Of a stretch of DNA of 64,000 bases, positions 61,279 through 64,000 are shown one piece after another; the first letter of the stretch is position 1; each line of letters begins with the position of its first letter. This DNA comes from an uncultured delta proteobacterium (lineage in GTDB: Bacteria > Myxococcota_A > Polyangia > Haliangiales > Haliangiaceae): NCBI GenBank assembly GCA_963743525.1, contig CAVUQH010000003.1, forward strand, positions 288,001-352,000, given 5' to 3'. The notes under the pieces were generated by a model. It made no database searches. It was not told the origin of the DNA and saw only the letters and a program-made list of their open reading frames with translations. Position numbers and translations under genes: made by a program.

Positions 61279-62256
61279 ATGCTGAACCAGTCCCTCCTCC
61301 TCCTGGCCACCCTGTCCGCGTCGAGCTGCGCGGGCCTGCCCCCCGGTGACATGACCGATCCCCACTACTGGGGCGACTACTTCCTCGACAAGTACGCCAC
61401 CGAGCGGGCCGACGCGGTGAACAACCTAGAGCCCGGGCCGACGCCGCTGGTCCACCCGCGGACCGTCCTGCTCATCACCGGGGTGACGATTCCGGCCGAG
61501 TGGTTCGACCCGATCGTGCTGCGGCTGCAGCGCGACGGCTTCCGCCCGGTGGTCTACGAGCCGCCCGACCTGCTCAGCGGCGACCTGTTCGACAACGCCG
61601 AGCGCCTCGGCGACGTGATCGAACAGGTCCAGGCGGACAGCGGGCAGGACAAGATCGACGTCCTGGCCGAATGCACGGGCGGACTGATCGCCCGCTATTA
61701 CATCCAGTCACTGGGCGGTGACCAGCACGTGTCGAGGTTGGTGACCTTCATCTCGCCGCAGCACGGCGTGGACAAGGCGCCGCTGGCCGCCAGCATCGCC
61801 GGCTGGCCGGCGCTGTACGATCTTTCGCCGGGCAGCGACTTCCTGCACGCGGTCAACGACGTTCCGCTCCCCGACGATGTCGCCGTGACGTCGATCTACT
61901 CCTGCACCGACGAGTACATCCAGCCGTTCACCACGTCGATCATCCCCGGCGCCAAGAACATCGAGCTTTGCGACGGCTACATCGGCCACTTTCGGTTCTT
62001 CTACGACCCGGACATCTACCTGATCATGCACGACGCGCTGATCGACGGCGTCGACGACTCCGATCCGGCCGATCCCGGCATGACCGATCCGACTGATCCG
62101 AGCGACCCGGGCTCGACCGATGATCCAACCGACCCGATGGCCGAGCCGCAGGACGGCGCGGTCGGCTGCTCCACCGGCGGTGGCGCCGGCGGCGGCTTCG
62201 CGCTCCTCTTGCTCGGTCTGGTCGCGGTGTCGCGCCGCCGTCGCCGCCGAGACTGA
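61279..62256 (+). CDS. Lipase-fold alpha/beta hydrolase with AECTGG elbow and MYXO-CTERM tail
   Basis: GGAG RBS; signal/lipobox; VLLITG, KIDVLAECTGGLIARYYI, SPQHG, SIYSCTDE, IGH; GCSTGGG-hydrophobic-RRRRRR. Confidence 0.85.
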   Translation: MLNQSLLLLATLSASSCAGLPPGDMTDPHYWGDYFLDKYATERADAVNNLEPGPTPLVHPRTVLLITGVTIPAEWFDPIVLRLQRDGFRPVVYEPPDLLSGDLFDNAERLGDVIEQVQADSGQDKIDVLAECTGGLIARYYIQSLGGDQHVSRLVTFISPQHGVDKAPLAASIAGWPALYDLSPGSDFLHAVNDVPLPDDVAVTSIYSCTDEYIQPFTTSIIPGAKNIELCDGYIGHFRFFYDPDIYLIMHDALIDGVDDSDPADPGMTDPTDPSDPGSTDDPTDPMAEPQDGAVGCSTGGGAGGGFALLLLGLVAVSRRRRRRD

Positions 62257-62312
62257 CCCGTCTCACGCGGCGCCCGTCCCCGCGCCGCGGGGGCGGGGCC
62301 GGGGCGCGGGTA

Positions 62313-63893
<1,581 letters not shown>

Positions 63894-64000
63894 GGCGCGC
63901 ATACTAGTGCAAATCGCCGCGCGCGCCAGCCCGCGGACCTGACAGGCGCTCCCCGAACCCAGGTCCGGACGTCCTGAGCGCAGGCCGTGCCCGCACGGCC

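Overview
High-GC (roughly 70% by eye), gene-dense chromosomal segment of a myxobacterium (Myxococcota, probably Haliangiales/Kofleriaceae-like; inferred from MYXO-CTERM tails, a CglF/GltF-like protein, several Ser/Thr kinases, PEGA/FHA proteins and many Cys/Gly-rich lipoproteins). About 57 CDS: thiolase, amidase, kinases, queC, dtd, POT transporter, M16/M1 peptidases, two peptide-ABC clusters, FadL-like and MBL paralog pairs, FHA-sigma54 activator, doubled di-haem DHOR protein, MCP, TetR/hydrolase pair, aspartyl protease. No rRNA, tRNA, CRISPR array, transposase, integrase or reverse transcriptase was seen. Highlights: (1) a split, miniaturised copper-amine-oxidase-like gene pair whose topaquinone-precursor Tyr appears to be Phe; (2) a 118-bp structured dispersed repeat in two copies, with a compensatory base-pair change, whose flanks fold back onto the start or stop of the neighbouring gene; (3) a ~520-bp hexamer tract plus hairpins framing a four-helix-bundle (IVP/Avd-like) gene; (4) a MITE/REP-like element supplying a peptidase stop codon; (5) a lipase-fold protein with Cys at the nucleophile position; (6) five of six apparent frameshifts repair by restoring GTCGAC, suggesting methylation-linked long-read errors rather than pseudogenes. 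All family calls are from motif recognition only; no searches were run.
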